NCBI GenBank assembly: GCA_965245025.1
Contig: CBDEYN010000001.1
Coordinates: 1 to 61,650 of the forward strand
DNA from: an uncultured Candidatus Saccharibacteria bacterium
GTDB taxonomy: Bacteria > Patescibacteriota > Saccharimonadia > Saccharimonadales > Saccharimonadaceae
Length of the DNA stretch: 61,650 nt
Direction: 5' to 3'
A program made the position numbers and the translations under genes. Numbering within the stretch: the stretch's first letter is position 1; every line of letters begins with the position of its first letter. Positions 59,158 to 61,650 of this stretch are shown piece after piece. Under the pieces are notes generated by a model. It ran no database searches. It was not told where the DNA came from and worked only from the letters and a program-made list of their open reading frames with translations.

Positions 59158-60801
59158 TTATTGGAAGAAGGCAAAATAGACGATAGCGCCGACTAGTGCA
59201 CCGAAGATACTCATGGCGATAAGCGCAAAAACTAGCGAAAGATTAGTCTTACGCATAGAAGGGTCATCGATAATAACGGCCTGCTGCTTAGCCTTGGTTT
59301 TTTCAGCTTTGTTTTTTGCGTAAATAGTTTTGCGAGAATTATTTTCCTCTTCGAAAGTATAATCCTTAATTTTGGAGCCTGGACCGAGGAGTTCAGAAGA
59401 AAATTCTGAAGAAGTAAAATTATCTTGCCCAGCAGCAAGCGGACGTTTTTGTACCTTGTCGGTATTAATAAATGGACTGCGACCACCGAGGACATAGTTG
59501 GAATTATTATTCGCGATGTCGGACTCAGCATAAAGCGAAGTAGTTTTTGGCTTTTCATTATCCGAGAAGGAGTATGGTGAACGAGCTGGAGTAACCGTAG
59601 CTATAACCTCGGATCGATCTTCCTGATCATCTGAAGCGAAGGCAGAATCGATAGAATCAGGCGTGAGCGTGCTTCCCTGGTTTTTTGGCAGAGTAGAAAT
59701 AGTATTCGAGCGGCCGGCGGTCGGATAATACATGGTAGCAGATGGATTGCCAGAGGTAGATGCAGGATTATCGCCATGGAGCTGATCATTATCTACAGAA
59801 TCAAAGAGTGCCTCAAGGTCTTCTATTTCATCATAATTATCATAATTTTGCAAGGCGTCACGCACGCTTGCAGAAACCAGGGTAGTTGGAATTGGGGCTT
59901 TGACTGAGTGAGTCGTTTGAGATTCGGAATTTATTTCAGACTCAACTTTTTTAGCTGGACGGATGCGACCAAAAAGTGTGCGACTTGAGCTGGCGGTAAT
60001 CTGAATACGAGAAACCGGCGAAGGCGCCTTAAATTTGGAAGCGGCAGAAGCGGCGGAGGCAGCAGAATTAACAGTAGTAATGGCGGAACCAGCGAGAGAG
60101 TTTATGCCACCAGAAACTGGAATTTTCCCAGTGGTAGCGACAGAAGCAACGGAAATTGTGGTTGGAGTAGGTTTCATCTTTGGAGCCAAGCTAGCACTGC
60201 CTACCGGAATTCGGCCGGTAGCACGTGGTAATTCACCAACCTTACGCTTGACTAATTCTTCCTTGGCGCGTTGTTTTTCTAACTCGTAGCGTCTCTGTTT
60301 GGCCTGGTTTTCACGTTCAATAGCCTGGCGTCGTAAAAGAGCTTCTTGTTCAGCCTGTTTTTTAGCGATAGCCTGCTGTTTTTCTTCGATTTCACGCTGT
60401 AATCTAAGTTCACGATTACGCAAAGATTCTTCGGCCTGAGAGCGAGCTAATTCCTGCTTCGCGGCCTCAATGCGGCGACGATTATAGTCCATGGTTTGAT
60501 TTTGGAGTTCAATCTGGCGCTGAATTTCCTCACGACGTTCGCGCTCTTTTTTTGCCTGTTTTTTGCGCTCTAGTTCACGTTCGGAAAGTGAATAAGTGTA
60601 AGCCGAAGTGAGAGTGCGAGCACGAGTAGGGCTGGCGATGGCGGAATTCGTGGCAGCGGAAGTAACAGTGCGACCACCTGCGCTAGGAGCAGTGGAATTC
60701 GTGGCAGTAGAAAAAGTGCCAGCAGTTTTGCGGACAGGAGAAAAATCCATCATGCGACCTTTGGCAGTGGTATTTTGGGCGTTTTTTCCTTGCATATTCA
60801 T
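59158..60801 (-). CDS. Hypothetical low-complexity/coiled-coil protein with a C-terminal TM anchor
   Basis: E/R/Q-rich coiled-coil, S/T/A-rich linkers and a terminal hydrophobic helix. Confidence 0.75.
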   Translation of the reverse strand: MNMQGKNAQNTTAKGRMMDFSPVRKTAGTFSTATNSTAPSAGGRTVTSAATNSAIASPTRARTLTSAYTYSLSERELERKKQAKKERERREEIQRQIELQNQTMDYNRRRIEAAKQELARSQAEESLRNRELRLQREIEEKQQAIAKKQAEQEALLRRQAIERENQAKQRRYELEKQRAKEELVKRKVGELPRATGRIPVGSASLAPKMKPTPTTISVASVATTGKIPVSGGINSLAGSAITTVNSAASAASAASKFKAPSPVSRIQITASSSRTLFGRIRPAKKVESEINSESQTTHSVKAPIPTTLVSASVRDALQNYDNYDEIEDLEALFDSVDNDQLHGDNPASTSGNPSATMYYPTAGRSNTISTLPKNQGSTLTPDSIDSAFASDDQEDRSEVIATVTPARSPYSFSDNEKPKTTSLYAESDIANNNSNYVLGGRSPFINTDKVQKRPLAAGQDNFTSSEFSSELLGPGSKIKDYTFEEENNSRKTIYAKNKAEKTKAKQQAVIIDDPSMRKTNLSLVFALIAMSIFGALVGAIVYFAFFQ

Positions 60802-60825
60802 GTTTAATTATACTCGATTTTCCGA

Positions 60826-61602
60826 TTATTCACGGACCTTTTTTGCAGTTTCAATGATACTGGTAAACGACTCAGAAACTAGACCGGCACTACCGATTAG
60901 TAAACCATTCACACCTGGCACGGTAAGGTAGGCGCCGGCATTATTTGGATTGACACTGCCACCAAAAAGTACCGGAATTTCAGCAACGGTTTCCTCACCA
61001 TAAACAGAAGTAAGTTGATCGCGAATAATTTTCACGGCGTCAGCAATTTCATCTGGACTGGCGATATGAGCAGCCTTAGTACTAGAGATAGCCCAAACTG
61101 GCTCATAGGCGATGATACATTTTTTAATATCGTCGCTATCGATTTCGGAAAGACCGCCAAAAATTTCGTCACGCAAAACATCGACGGTTTCACCAAAATT
61201 ACGTTGACTTTCAGTCTCACCGACACAAAGAATCGGAGTGATATCATTACGAATCGCAGCGGCAACCTTCTGAGAAATTTCTCGGTTAGTTTCACCGAAG
61301 ACGAAACGACGCTCTGAATGACCAATGATAGCGTAAGAAACTAGACCGCGGAGCTGAGCGATAGAGACCTCACCAGTATAGGCACCAAAATCACGATAAT
61401 AAAAATTCTGAGCAGCAAGCTTAATCTTAGATTTATTACGTTCAAGTTGAAGTGAAAGACTAGAGAGCGAAGTAAAACTTGGAGCAATCACAATTTCGAG
61501 GCCACGACTAGGTTTGATTTTTTTAAGTAATTTCTGCAAAAAGATAGAAGACTCACCGATGGTCAGATTCATCTTCCAGTTGCCCACAATATATGTTTTC
61601 AT
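60826..61602 (-). CDS. tpiA: Triosephosphate isomerase
   Basis: Motifs GNWKMN, AQN, GAYTGEVS, IGHSERR, AYEPVWAI and GGSVN. Confidence 0.95.
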   Translation of the reverse strand: MKTYIVGNWKMNLTIGESSIFLQKLLKKIKPSRGLEIVIAPSFTSLSSLSLQLERNKSKIKLAAQNFYYRDFGAYTGEVSIAQLRGLVSYAIIGHSERRFVFGETNREISQKVAAAIRNDITPILCVGETESQRNFGETVDVLRDEIFGGLSEIDSDDIKKCIIAYEPVWAISSTKAAHIASPDEIADAVKIIRDQLTSVYGEETVAEIPVLFGGSVNPNNAGAYLTVPGVNGLLIGSAGLVSESFTSIIETAKKVRE

Positions 61603-61650
61603 AATCTTATTATAGCATAATCGGTTTGGGATTTTTAAGGTTTTGGTGAG

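Noticed and set aside
58826..59186. ORF-track ORFs at 58826-59080, 58959-59186 (and 47129-47341)
   Set aside because: They overlap tRNA genes and are spurious translations.

Overview
This is a 61.6-kb chromosomal segment of a small-genome bacterium. Gene content and style point to Patescibacteria/CPR, most likely Saccharibacteria (TM7); this assignment is inferred. Most of the window is housekeeping: rnj, tlyA-efp-rpsR-ssb-rpsF, ftsK, pnp, rpsO-truB, mutM-holA, rpsT, uppP, aspS, pheST, metG, rsmA, pcrA, murA/murB, galU, gpmI, folD, tpiA and three tRNAs (Leu-CAG, His-GTG, Gly-TCC). Accessory membrane and surface genes are interspersed. The most unusual observations are: (1) three paralogous membrane-anchored proteins around ftsK that share a 105-codon constant N-terminus and have highly divergent, two-Cys C-terminal heads; (2) a 2.7-kb three-gene cassette enclosed by two-part inverted repeats (box-hairpin-box), with a perfect sigma70 promoter outside the repeat; (3) a short self-contained transcription unit upstream of aspS with a structured leader and a 26-aa ORF; (4) pervasive -10 boxes 5-8 nt before start codons, suggesting leaderless mRNAs; (5) an orphan BY-kinase/PHP phosphatase pair, a giant VirB6-like protein and an RGYG-repeat protein. 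I found no CRISPR array, rRNA, transposase, integrase or reverse transcriptase.
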